Below, in pieces: positions 52,787 to 61,142 of a stretch of DNA of 64,000 nt. The stretch is from contig JAFQXM010000007.1 in NCBI GenBank assembly GCA_017406955.1, positions 13,743 through 77,742 on the forward strand, given 5' to 3'. The notes under the pieces are model-generated. The model did no database searches and was not told where the DNA came from. It saw nothing but the letters and a program-made list of their open reading frames with translations. Source of the stretch: Bacilli bacterium. Its GTDB lineage: Bacteria > Bacillota_I > Bacilli_A > RF39 > UBA660. The first letter of the stretch is position 1, and every line of letters begins with the position of its first letter. The translations under genes were made by a program, and so were the position numbers.

Positions 52787-53657
52787 AAGAAGAGCTCTAG
52801 GTAGAGGATTAGAAGAATTATTTAACAATGAACCACTTGCTTATGATAAAATGGAAGAGAAAATATTAACAGAGACACCAAAAGAAGAAATAACTAAAGT
52901 AAAGTTATCAGATTTAAGAAGCAATCCATATCAACCAAGACAAGTATTTGATCAAACAGCGTTAGAAGAATTATCAAATTCTATTAAAGAACACGGAGTA
53001 TTCCAACCAATTATTATAAAAAAGAGTATTAAAGGATATGAAATAATAGCAGGTGAAAGAAGAGTAAAAGCTTCTAAAATGGCAGGATTAGAAGAAATAC
53101 CGGCAATTATTAGAGATTTCACAGATGAAGAAATGATGGAAATAGCTCTACTTGAAAATTTACAAAGAGAGAATTTAAGTGCTATAGAAGAAGCTAACGC
53201 TTACAAAAAATTATTAGAACAATTAGAATTAACTCAAGAAAACTTAGCTAAAAGATTAGGAAAAAGTAGAAGTCATATAACTAATATGATAGGATTACTT
53301 ACTTTGCCAGAAGATATTCAAAAAGAAATATCTTTAAAAAAAATATCTATGGGACATGCTAGAGTATTAAGTAAATTAGATGATGAAGAACAACAAAGAA
53401 TTTTAACAAAAAAAGTAATTAAAGAAGATTTAAGTGTTAGACAACTAGAAGACTTAACAAAATCTAAAGAGAAATATATAAGAACACACAAAATAAAAAC
53501 AAAAAAGAATAACGAATATAAATATTTAGAGGACGACTTAACAGAAAAATTAGGAACAAAAGTAAAAATAAAATCAAACAAATTAGAAATAAAATTTGTA
53601 AATAACAATGATTTAAATAGGTTATTAGAGATAATGAATTTAAATATTAAAAATTAA
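52776..53657 (+). CDS. spo0J: chromosome partitioning protein ParB/Spo0J
   Basis: ParB box IAGERRVKAS and HTH. ATG 52776 overlaps the soj stop; TTG 52767 is an alternative. Confidence 0.85.
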   Translation: MENKRRALGRGLEELFNNEPLAYDKMEEKILTETPKEEITKVKLSDLRSNPYQPRQVFDQTALEELSNSIKEHGVFQPIIIKKSIKGYEIIAGERRVKASKMAGLEEIPAIIRDFTDEEMMEIALLENLQRENLSAIEEANAYKKLLEQLELTQENLAKRLGKSRSHITNMIGLLTLPEDIQKEISLKKISMGHARVLSKLDDEEQQRILTKKVIKEDLSVRQLEDLTKSKEKYIRTHKIKTKKNNEYKYLEDDLTEKLGTKVKIKSNKLEIKFVNNNDLNRLLEIMNLNIKN

Positions 53658-53667
53658 AGAGGCTGAT

Positions 53668-53868
53668 ATGGAAAATAAAGACTTAAATTATAAACTAGGA
53701 ACAAAAGTAATGATGAAGAAACAACATCCTTGTGGAAGTAATGAATGGGAAATAACAAGGATGGGTGCTGATATAAAGATTAAATGTTTAAATTGTGGTA
53801 GAACAATATTAATACCAAGAATAGAATTTAATAAAAAATTAAAAAAGATTATTTCCCAGGAGGATTAA
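53668..53868 (+). CDS. DUF951 small zinc-ribbon-like protein (YyzM-like)
   Basis: 66 aa with CxxC...CxxC pairs; conserved position after spo0J. Confidence 0.55.
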   Translation: MENKDLNYKLGTKVMMKKQHPCGSNEWEITRMGADIKIKCLNCGRTILIPRIEFNKKLKKIISQED

Positions 53869-53869
53869 C

Positions 53870-55465
53870 ATGAATGAAAAAAGAAAATTAAAATTAAAGA
53901 AATTTTATTTTCATCCCATTACAGTATTTCTGTTTTTAACAGTATTAATAATTATACTAAGTGCTATATTATCTGGATTTCAGATGCAGGCAACTTATAA
54001 TACAGTAAATAATAATACTGGAGAACTAGAACCAACATTAGTAGCGGTAGAAAATATGCTTAGTTTTGATGGTATGAAATTTATAATAAGTAATGCAACC
54101 AAAAACTTTATAAGTTTTGCACCACTTGGTACATTATTAATATCATTAATAGGATTAACAATAGCAGAAGCAAGTGGGTTGATTGAAACTTTTAGTAAAA
54201 GATATTTAAAAAAAAGATCAAAATATATATTAACTTTTTTAGTTTTATTTATAGCAACCATATCATCATTAATAAATGAGGTAGGGTATGCAATATTAAT
54301 TCCATTAATAGCACTAATATATTTTATTAATGGAAGAAATCCAATATTAGGTATTGTAACAGCTTTTTGTGGTGTTGCCTTTGGATATGGAGTTACATTG
54401 TTTGTAGGATCAATGGAAATTTCATTAATGGATTATACGCAAAATGCAGCTGTATTAATAGATGAAAATATACATATAGCTTTAACATCAAATCTAATTT
54501 TTATAATAGTAACATCAATAGTAACATCAATAGTTGGAACCTTTATAATAGAAAAAATAATAGCTCCAAAAATTGGTAAATATAAAAGAGAAGATGAATT
54601 TGCTAAAACAGAACAATATAGAGTCATTAATTTAGAAGAAGAAGAGCAAAGACAAATTGAACAAGAAAAATACGAAAAGAGGGGTTTAAGATCTGCTTTA
54701 ATAATAGCAATCGTTATTATACTAATATTTGCGTATATGCTAATACCAAACCTTCCTTATTCCGGAATGTTGTTAGATATGAATCAAAAAACATACTTAT
54801 CTCAACTGTTTGGAGAAAAATCATATTTTCAAGATGGATTTACATTTATGATAGCTCTATTATTCTTGTTTACAGGAATTGCCTATGCAATAAGCTCTAA
54901 ATCAATAAAAAATGATAAGGATTTAATAGAAAAAGCAGGAGCCTATTTTAATAAAGTCAGTTATATATTTATATTAATGTTTGTAGTATCACAATTTATA
55001 GCAATCTATAAACATACAAATATAGGTATAATAATAGCTTCATGGTTAGCTAATTTATTATCAATACTTAAATTTAATGGTATACCACTAATAGTAGTTA
55101 CATTATTACTAATTGCAATTGCAAACTTATTCTTAACCAGTCCAACAACTAAGTGGATGATATTTTCACCAATAGTAGTTCCAATGTTTATGCAATCAAA
55201 TATATCACCACAATTTGCACAAATAGTAATGAGAGTAGGAAACTCCATAACTAATGGATATACTCCAATACTTGCGTCATTTGTAATATATATTGGTTAT
55301 TTAAATTTATATAACTTAAACAAACAAAAACCAATAACTATTAGAAAATCCTTAAAAATGTTAACTCCATACTTCCTAATAATGGGGGCAACGTGGATAT
55401 TATTAATAATTGGTTGGTACATAATAGGTCTACCAGTTGGACTAGGAGTATTCCCGACATTATAA
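53870..55465 (+). CDS. AbgT-family (p-aminobenzoyl-glutamate/antimetabolite) transporter, putative
   Basis: 531 aa polytopic; N-terminal FHPITVFLFLTVLIIILSAILS resembles the AbgT N-terminal pattern. Confidence 0.5.
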   Translation: MNEKRKLKLKKFYFHPITVFLFLTVLIIILSAILSGFQMQATYNTVNNNTGELEPTLVAVENMLSFDGMKFIISNATKNFISFAPLGTLLISLIGLTIAEASGLIETFSKRYLKKRSKYILTFLVLFIATISSLINEVGYAILIPLIALIYFINGRNPILGIVTAFCGVAFGYGVTLFVGSMEISLMDYTQNAAVLIDENIHIALTSNLIFIIVTSIVTSIVGTFIIEKIIAPKIGKYKREDEFAKTEQYRVINLEEEEQRQIEQEKYEKRGLRSALIIAIVIILIFAYMLIPNLPYSGMLLDMNQKTYLSQLFGEKSYFQDGFTFMIALLFLFTGIAYAISSKSIKNDKDLIEKAGAYFNKVSYIFILMFVVSQFIAIYKHTNIGIIIASWLANLLSILKFNGIPLIVVTLLLIAIANLFLTSPTTKWMIFSPIVVPMFMQSNISPQFAQIVMRVGNSITNGYTPILASFVIYIGYLNLYNLNKQKPITIRKSLKMLTPYFLIMGATWILLIIGWYIIGLPVGLGVFPTL

Positions 55466-55490
55466 AATACCTAAATGGTATTTTTTATTT
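55466..55490 (+). terminator. terminator after abgT-like gene
   Basis: AATACC-TAAA-TGGTATT hairpin followed by a T6 run. Confidence 0.6.
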
Positions 55491-55952
55491 GAATATAGAT
55501 AATACTTTTACAGTGTTCTTTGGAGGAATATTTTTCTTATATTTATCAACATTATTAAATAAATAACTCAATTTTATAATGTTTTTTCTAATAATGTTTT
55601 TATCTGAAATTGACAGATCATTACCTACTTTAATAGATTTTCTATATTTTGAAGGACTAACACCGATAATCTTATGAAACATTTCACAAAAATACTCTTG
55701 CGACGAAAAACCTGCATCAAGAGATGTTTTAAGTATACTATCATTAGTGTTTCTAATTTTTTTTAATGACAGGAAAATTCGTTTAGTATTAATATAATCT
55801 ATGATAGTGATATTTATTTCTTTTTTAAACAATCTCATAATATAGTCTTTATTATATTTAAAAAAATTAGATATTTCATTAATAGAGATTTGCGTATATA
55901 GGTTATTATCTAAATAATTTAATATATTTATCACTAGATCATTAGAAAACAT
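55485..55952 (-). CDS. AraC/XylS-family transcriptional regulator, DNA-binding domain only (MarA/SoxS-like)
   Basis: Double HTH: ISINEISNFFKYNKDYIMRLFKK and ...SLDAGFSSQEYFCEMFHKIIGVSPSKYR. ATG 55952 preferred, GTG 55979 alternative. No ligand-binding domain. Confidence 0.65.
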   Translation of the reverse strand: MFSNDLVINILNYLDNNLYTQISINEISNFFKYNKDYIMRLFKKEINITIIDYINTKRIFLSLKKIRNTNDSILKTSLDAGFSSQEYFCEMFHKIIGVSPSKYRKSIKVGNDLSISDKNIIRKNIIKLSYLFNNVDKYKKNIPPKNTVKVLSIFK

Positions 55953-55968
55953 ATAATCACCACACTTA

Positions 55969-56025
55969 TATAATAACACAAAAAGTCGTTATTGTTTAAA
56001 AAATATAAAAACAAGTGTTATTATA
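55969..56025. promoter_or_regulatory. divergent promoter region bracketed by perfect 11-bp inverted repeat TATAATAACAC / GTGTTATTATA
   Basis: Left arm at 55969..55979 and right arm at 56015..56025, 35 bp apart, between the AraC-like and T4CP-like genes. Confidence 0.5.
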
Positions 56026-56046
56026 TTTGTGAAAGGAGGAAAAAGT

Positions 56047-57324
56047 ATGAGTTATGCAAGATGGGCAACTAAAGAAGAGTTGTTAAGCAAGTTAGAGAAA
56101 GTAGAGGTAAATAAGAAAATAGATAAATCAGGAATACCGCTAGCATATGAAGAAAACAACTTATATATTGATAATAATGTATCACATAATTTAGTAATTG
56201 GTTCAACAGGTAGTGGAAAAACACAAACAACTATCCTTCCAATGATAAATTTAGCTATTTCTGCTAAAGAATCTATTGTTGTAAATGATCCGTTAGGAGA
56301 ATTATATGAAATAAACAAAGAAAAGTTACAAAAAGAGGGATATGAAGTAGCAGTTTTAAACTTTAATAAACCTGATTCTGGAATATCATGGAATCCATTA
56401 GATATACCACAAAAACTGTATGATAATGGTGATAAAGATAAAGCAAGCAAGATGATAGAGGATATAGCATATTATATATTCACAGACACATCAAGAAAAG
56501 AAGTAGATCCATTCTGGGTTAATTCCACTATTAATTATTTTACAGGACTAACACTATATTTGTTTGAAAATTCTAAAGAAAACATAAATCTATTAAGCCT
56601 AATAGATTTAAAAGAACAAATTGAAAAAGAAGGATCTAAAAAATTTATAGAAAAAATAGATAAAAATTCAGTAGTATATAAAAATTTATCAAGTATTTTA
56701 CTTGCACCACCTGAGACAAGAGGAAGTATATTATCTGTATTTACTGTAAAAATAAAAAATTATATATCAAGAGAAAAAATAAACAACATGTTATCTAATA
56801 GTAGTTTTGATATAAAATCAATTAATAAAAAACCAACTGCTTTTTATATAATTAGTGATAAATATTCTTTTGGTAATTCTTTAATACCTTTATTAATTAA
56901 TCAAATAATTGATTCTATTTCACTAGAAAAAGAAAACAACATAAGAGTAAATATATTCTTAGATGAATTTGACTTTCTAGTACCAATTAAAGATTTTTCA
57001 AGATTAATAGAGTATACAAGAAGATTTAATGTAAGAATAACTGCAGTAATTAAGAGTTATACTCATTTATATAACATGTATACAAAAGAAGAAGTAGAAT
57101 TATTAAAAATGTGTTTTGGTAATATAGTATATTTGTTGTCTAATGATATTTATACTCTAGAAGAAATATCTAGGCAATGTGGTAATAAATCAAGTAAAAA
57201 AGAACCGTTAATTACACCAGAAGAACTAAAAACATTAGATATATATGAAGCAATAATTTTAATGCCTAGAATGATGCCAATAAGAACAAAATTATTACCA
57301 AATTATGAAATAAATTGGGATTAA
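56047..57324 (+). CDS. VirD4/TraG-type type IV coupling protein (T4CP)-like ATPase, soluble, lacking N-terminal TM anchor
   Basis: SYARWATKEEL (T4CP ARWA motif); Walker A GSTGSGKTQTTILPMINL...SIVVNDPLGELYE; Walker B IFLDEFDFL; C-terminal RFNVRITAVIKSY block. ATG 56047 after AAAGGAGGA RBS. Confidence 0.7.
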   Translation: MSYARWATKEELLSKLEKVEVNKKIDKSGIPLAYEENNLYIDNNVSHNLVIGSTGSGKTQTTILPMINLAISAKESIVVNDPLGELYEINKEKLQKEGYEVAVLNFNKPDSGISWNPLDIPQKLYDNGDKDKASKMIEDIAYYIFTDTSRKEVDPFWVNSTINYFTGLTLYLFENSKENINLLSLIDLKEQIEKEGSKKFIEKIDKNSVVYKNLSSILLAPPETRGSILSVFTVKIKNYISREKINNMLSNSSFDIKSINKKPTAFYIISDKYSFGNSLIPLLINQIIDSISLEKENNIRVNIFLDEFDFLVPIKDFSRLIEYTRRFNVRITAVIKSYTHLYNMYTKEEVELLKMCFGNIVYLLSNDIYTLEEISRQCGNKSSKKEPLITPEELKTLDIYEAIILMPRMMPIRTKLLPNYEINWD

Positions 57325-57326
57325 TA

Positions 57327-57355
57327 AAAACATCAATAAGATGTTTTTATTTTAT
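57327..57355 (+). terminator. terminator after T4CP-like gene
   Basis: AAAACATC-AATAA-GATGTTTT hairpin followed by a T-run. Confidence 0.65.
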
Positions 57356-57405
57356 TTATATAATGAATAAAGTATGTTATAATACTTAAAGAAATGAGGG
57401 ATATT

Positions 57406-58506
57406 ATGAGTTTAACAGCTGGAATAGTAGGACTTCCTAATGTAGGGAAATCAACATTATTTAACGCAATTACTAATCAAAAAATTTTAGCTGAAAACTA
57501 TCCGTTCGCAACAATAGAACCAAATGTAGGAGTAGTAACAGTACCGGATAAAAGAATGGATAAATTAAAAAGTATGTATGAACCAGATAGGTTTATACCA
57601 ACAGCCTATGAATTTACTGATATTGCAGGATTAGTAAAAGGCGCATCTAAAGGAGAAGGATTAGGTAATAAATTTTTATCACATATAAGAGAAACAGATG
57701 CAATAGTAGAAGTGGTTAGATGTTTTGATGATGGTAAAATAATTCATGTAGATGGTAATATTGATCCAATTAGAGATATAGAAACAATTAACCTAGAATT
57801 AATAATTGCCGATTTAGACATTATAAATAATAGATTGGATAGAGTTTCTAAAAAAGCTAGAACTACTAAAAATAAAGAGGATTTAATAGAAGTAGAAGTG
57901 TTAGAAAAGTGCAAAAAAGCTTTAGAAGAAAATATTCCTCTAAGACAAATAGATTTAAATAAGGAAGAAAAAGAAGTAATAAAATCATATAGTTTTCTAA
58001 CATTAAAACCAATTATTTATTTAGCTAATATTACAGAAAATGATATTGGTAACGAAGACAACACTTATGTAAAACAAGTTAAAGAATATGCATCTAAAGA
58101 AAATTCTAGAGTAGTAAGTCTTTGTGCCTCAATTGAAGAAGAATTAAGTGAATTAGGAGATGTTGACAAAAAAGAGATGTTAGAAGGATTAGGTCTAGGA
58201 GAAAGCGGATTAGATAAGCTAATAACTGCTACATATGATATTTTAGGATTAGCAACCTACTTCACAGTAGGAAAAGATGAAGTACGCGCTTGGGCTTTTA
58301 AAAAAGGAATGAACGCTAAAGAATGTGCTGGTATTATACATACAGACTTTGAAAAGGGATTTATTAGGGCAGAAGTAATATCATATGAAGATTTAATAGA
58401 GTGTGGATCTGAATTAAAAGTAAAAGAATCAGGAAAAGCCAGACTTGAAGGAAAAGATTATTTAATGCAAGATGGAGATATTTGTCATTTTAGATTTAAT
58501 GTATAA
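57406..58506 (+). CDS. ychF: ribosome-binding ATPase YchF
   Basis: GIVGLPNVGKSTLFNA G1 motif; TGS C-terminal domain. ATG 57406 after GAGGGA RBS. Confidence 0.9.
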   Translation: MSLTAGIVGLPNVGKSTLFNAITNQKILAENYPFATIEPNVGVVTVPDKRMDKLKSMYEPDRFIPTAYEFTDIAGLVKGASKGEGLGNKFLSHIRETDAIVEVVRCFDDGKIIHVDGNIDPIRDIETINLELIIADLDIINNRLDRVSKKARTTKNKEDLIEVEVLEKCKKALEENIPLRQIDLNKEEKEVIKSYSFLTLKPIIYLANITENDIGNEDNTYVKQVKEYASKENSRVVSLCASIEEELSELGDVDKKEMLEGLGLGESGLDKLITATYDILGLATYFTVGKDEVRAWAFKKGMNAKECAGIIHTDFEKGFIRAEVISYEDLIECGSELKVKESGKARLEGKDYLMQDGDICHFRFNV

Positions 58507-58511
58507 AATAA

Positions 58512-58540
58512 TTTACAAACAACAAAAACTTTGTTATAAT
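58512..58540 (+). promoter_or_regulatory. sigma-A promoter of rpsF-ssb-rpsR operon
   Basis: TTTACA (58512..58517), 17-nt spacer, TATAAT (58535..58540). Confidence 0.65.
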
Positions 58541-58547
58541 ACATACG

Positions 58548-58611
58548 AGTATTTTAAATACTCCTTACTCATAAGTTAATTATGAGTCATTAGTCCAAGA
58601 GGAGGTGCGAT
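58548..58611 (+). promoter_or_regulatory. structured rpsF 5' leader (two tandem hairpins), candidate S6:S18 autoregulatory element
   Basis: GAGTATTT-A-AATACTC and ACTCATAA-GTTA-ATTATGAGT perfect 8-bp stems immediately upstream of the AGGAGG RBS. Confidence 0.45.
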
Positions 58612-58899
58612 ATGAGACAATATGAAATAATGTTTATCGTAAAACCAGATATGGAAGAAGCTGATATAAAGAAAACAGCAGATTCTATGAAAAAGGTTTT
58701 AACTGATAAAAAAGCAAAAGTAGTAGAAGAAAAAGCAATGGGACAAAGAGAATTAGCATATGAAATAAAAAAAGCTAAGACAGGATATTACTATTTATAT
58801 ATAGTTGAAGCTAAATCAGATGCTATTGATGAATTTGATCGTGTTGCAAGAATAAATGAAAATTTACTACGCCATATAGTAGTAAAGAAAGAAGATTAA
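58612..58899 (+). CDS. rpsF: 30S ribosomal protein S6
   Basis: MRQYEIMFIV...95 aa, typical S6. Confidence 0.9.
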   Translation: MRQYEIMFIVKPDMEEADIKKTADSMKKVLTDKKAKVVEEKAMGQRELAYEIKKAKTGYYYLYIVEAKSDAIDEFDRVARINENLLRHIVVKKED

Positions 58900-58914
58900 T
58901 AAAAGAGGTATATT

Positions 58915-59388
58915 ATGAATAAAGTATTTTTAATAGGAAGATTAACAAGAGATCCAGAGTTAAGATATACAGGAAGCAATACTCCAGTAGCAACTTTTTC
59001 TATTGCTATTAATAGAAATTTCACTAATAGTGCTGGAGAAAGAGAAGCAGATTTTATTAATATAGTAGTATGGAGAAAACAAGCAGAAAATGTAAAAAAC
59101 TATCTACAACAAGGTAGTCAAGTAGCTATAGATGGGCGTATTCAAACAAGAAATTATGAAGACAAAGAAGGACAAAAGAGATATGTTACAGAAGTAGTTG
59201 CTGATAACGTTGAATTTTTAGGTTCTAAAAATTCTGCTAATAACTCTAATACAAAAGCTAATAATGATGAACCTACACCTTATGATTTTGGTGAAAAAGA
59301 TGAACCAAAAGGTACAGATGTAGAAAGTAATCCATTTGCTGATTTCGGATCAAGTATAGAAATTAGTGATGATGAATTACCATTCTAA
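58915..59388 (+). CDS. ssb: single-stranded DNA-binding protein
   Basis: OB fold MNKVFLIGRLTRDPELRYT; C-terminal acidic tail DDELPF. Confidence 0.9.
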   Translation: MNKVFLIGRLTRDPELRYTGSNTPVATFSIAINRNFTNSAGEREADFINIVVWRKQAENVKNYLQQGSQVAIDGRIQTRNYEDKEGQKRYVTEVVADNVEFLGSKNSANNSNTKANNDEPTPYDFGEKDEPKGTDVESNPFADFGSSIEISDDELPF

Positions 59389-59403
59389 AAAGGAGGAATA
59401 TAA

Positions 59404-59622
59404 ATGGCAGAAGGTTTTCGTAGAAGAAGAAAAATATGTTTAATGTGCGCAGGCAAAGTTGAACTTGATTATAAAAACCCAGAAGTTTTAAGAAAATTTG
59501 TAAACGAAAAAGGGAAAATCTTATCAAGAAGGGCTACAGGAACATGTGCACATCATCAAAGAGAAGTATCAAAAACAATTAAAAGAGCAAGAGCAATAGC
59601 TCTTATGCCTTATACAAGATAA
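59404..59622 (+). CDS. rpsR: 30S ribosomal protein S18
   Basis: [40 protein letters not shown] is classic S18. Confidence 0.9.
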   Translation: MAEGFRRRRKICLMCAGKVELDYKNPEVLRKFVNEKGKILSRRATGTCAHHQREVSKTIKRARAIALMPYTR

Positions 59623-59626
59623 TTAA

Positions 59627-59650
59627 GAGACAAAGGTCTCTTTTTATTTT
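59627..59650 (+). terminator. terminator after rpsR
   Basis: AGAGAC-AAAG-GTCTCT hairpin followed by T5. Confidence 0.65.
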
Positions 59651-59703
59651 ACAAAACAAGATAATTATTATATAATAATGAAGAGGAATATTAGGAGGCA
59701 AAT

Positions 59704-60690
59704 ATGGCTATTTTAAAAGAAAAAAGAAAAATAAAACGAGCAGTTAGAAAAGCAAAAACTATTTTTTTAATGGGTCATAAAGACTTAGATTTAGATGCCC
59801 TAGGTAGTTGTGTAGGATTAAGTCTATTACTAAAGAAAAAGAAAAAAGAATGTTACATAATAATTGATGATAAAGAACACGAATTAGGTGTTGAGAAAAT
59901 TCTAAAAGAATTAGAAGGTTGTATTAATGTAATAAGAAGTGAAAATATTGATAAAACAATCAATAAAAGAGATAATAAGAATTTATTAATAATACTAGAT
60001 ACAAATAAAATAGATTTAGTACAAAATAAAGACGTGTTAAAGAAAATAAATAATAAATTGGTTATTGATCATCATGATATAGGTAAAAACTCTATAAAAG
60101 ATGCTATTATGATAAATGATACATCTTCGTCAAGTACATGTGAGATGATAACAAAATTAATAGAGTATTATGATTTTGATATAGAGTCATATTATGCAAC
60201 AATATTATTATCAGGAATAGTATTAGATACAAATAACTTTACTTTAAAAACAAGCAAAGATACATATTATGCAGCGTTTTATTTAGCTAGTCTAGGAGCT
60301 AGCGCAAAAAAAGTTCAATACCTATTAAAACAAGATATTGAAGATTATAAAGAACGTCAGAAATTAATGACAAGTATAGACAAGATAGATAAGAAAGTAG
60401 CTTTTACTAAAGCAAGTGCTCATACTATCTACAGAAGAGAAGATCTAGCTAAAGTAGCTGATACATTACTATTCTTTAATGATATAGAGGCATCATTTGT
60501 AATAGGTAAAATTGGAAAGAAAACTATTGGATTGAGTGCTAGAAGCTTAGGTAATTATAATATAAGAAAAATATTAACTAAACTAGGTGGTGGTGGCGAC
60601 GAATATGATGGCGCAGCTAGATTTGAAAACACTACACTAAGTAAAGTAGAAAAACAAATTAAACAATATATTGCTGAAGAAGGTGAATAA
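59704..60690 (+). CDS. DHH/DHHA1 phosphoesterase (NrnA/GdpP catalytic-domain-like; no TM/PAS/GGDEF)
   Basis: DHH motif LVIDHHD; DHHA1 region LGGGGDEYDGAA where the canonical GGGH appears as GGGGD. Sits between rpsR and rplI where GdpP (YybT) sits in Bacillus. Confidence 0.6.
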   Translation: MAILKEKRKIKRAVRKAKTIFLMGHKDLDLDALGSCVGLSLLLKKKKKECYIIIDDKEHELGVEKILKELEGCINVIRSENIDKTINKRDNKNLLIILDTNKIDLVQNKDVLKKINNKLVIDHHDIGKNSIKDAIMINDTSSSSTCEMITKLIEYYDFDIESYYATILLSGIVLDTNNFTLKTSKDTYYAAFYLASLGASAKKVQYLLKQDIEDYKERQKLMTSIDKIDKKVAFTKASAHTIYRREDLAKVADTLLFFNDIEASFVIGKIGKKTIGLSARSLGNYNIRKILTKLGGGGDEYDGAARFENTTLSKVEKQIKQYIAEEGE

Positions 60691-60691
60691 T

Positions 60692-61132
60692 TTGGAAGTA
60701 ATTTTTGTAAAAGATTTAAGAAATCAAGGTAAAAAAGGACAAATAAAAAGAGTAAAAGATGGTTACGCAGAAAACTTTTTAATAAAAAATGGTTATGCAG
60801 TAATTAAAAACAAAGAAAATTTAAGAAAATTAGAAAAAGAACAAGCTTCAAAAGCAAAAACAGATGAAGATAACAAAAACAAAGCTTTAGAGCTAAAGAA
60901 AAAACTAGATGATTTAGTTTTAGAATTCAAAGTAAAAACGGGTGAGGGAGATAAAGTTTTTGGTAGTATAAGTCCCAAGCAAATAAAAGAAGAATTAAAG
61001 AAGAAAAACTTTAATATAGAAAAAAATCAAATAAAATTAAAAACAAGTATTTCGTCATTAGGATTTCACAAAGTAGAAATAAGTTTATATTCCAAAATAA
61101 AGGCTACCATAAAAGTACATGTAATAAAATAG
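60692..61132 (+). CDS. rplI: 50S ribosomal protein L9
   Basis: TTG start after GAAGGTGA RBS gives MEVIFVKDLRNQGKKGQIKRVKDGYAENFL, the canonical L9 N-terminus. Track ORF starts 21 nt upstream in the overlap. Confidence 0.85.
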   Translation: MEVIFVKDLRNQGKKGQIKRVKDGYAENFLIKNGYAVIKNKENLRKLEKEQASKAKTDEDNKNKALELKKKLDDLVLEFKVKTGEGDKVFGSISPKQIKEELKKKNFNIEKNQIKLKTSISSLGFHKVEISLYSKIKATIKVHVIK

Positions 61133-61142
61133 AGGTGATAAT

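Noticed and set aside
55498-57385. 9-bp direct repeat ATAATACTT at both flanks of the AraC/T4CP pair, as possible att-like target duplication
   Set aside because: Too short and AT-rich to be significant in this composition. One copy lies inside the AraC coding sequence, and no integrase is present.
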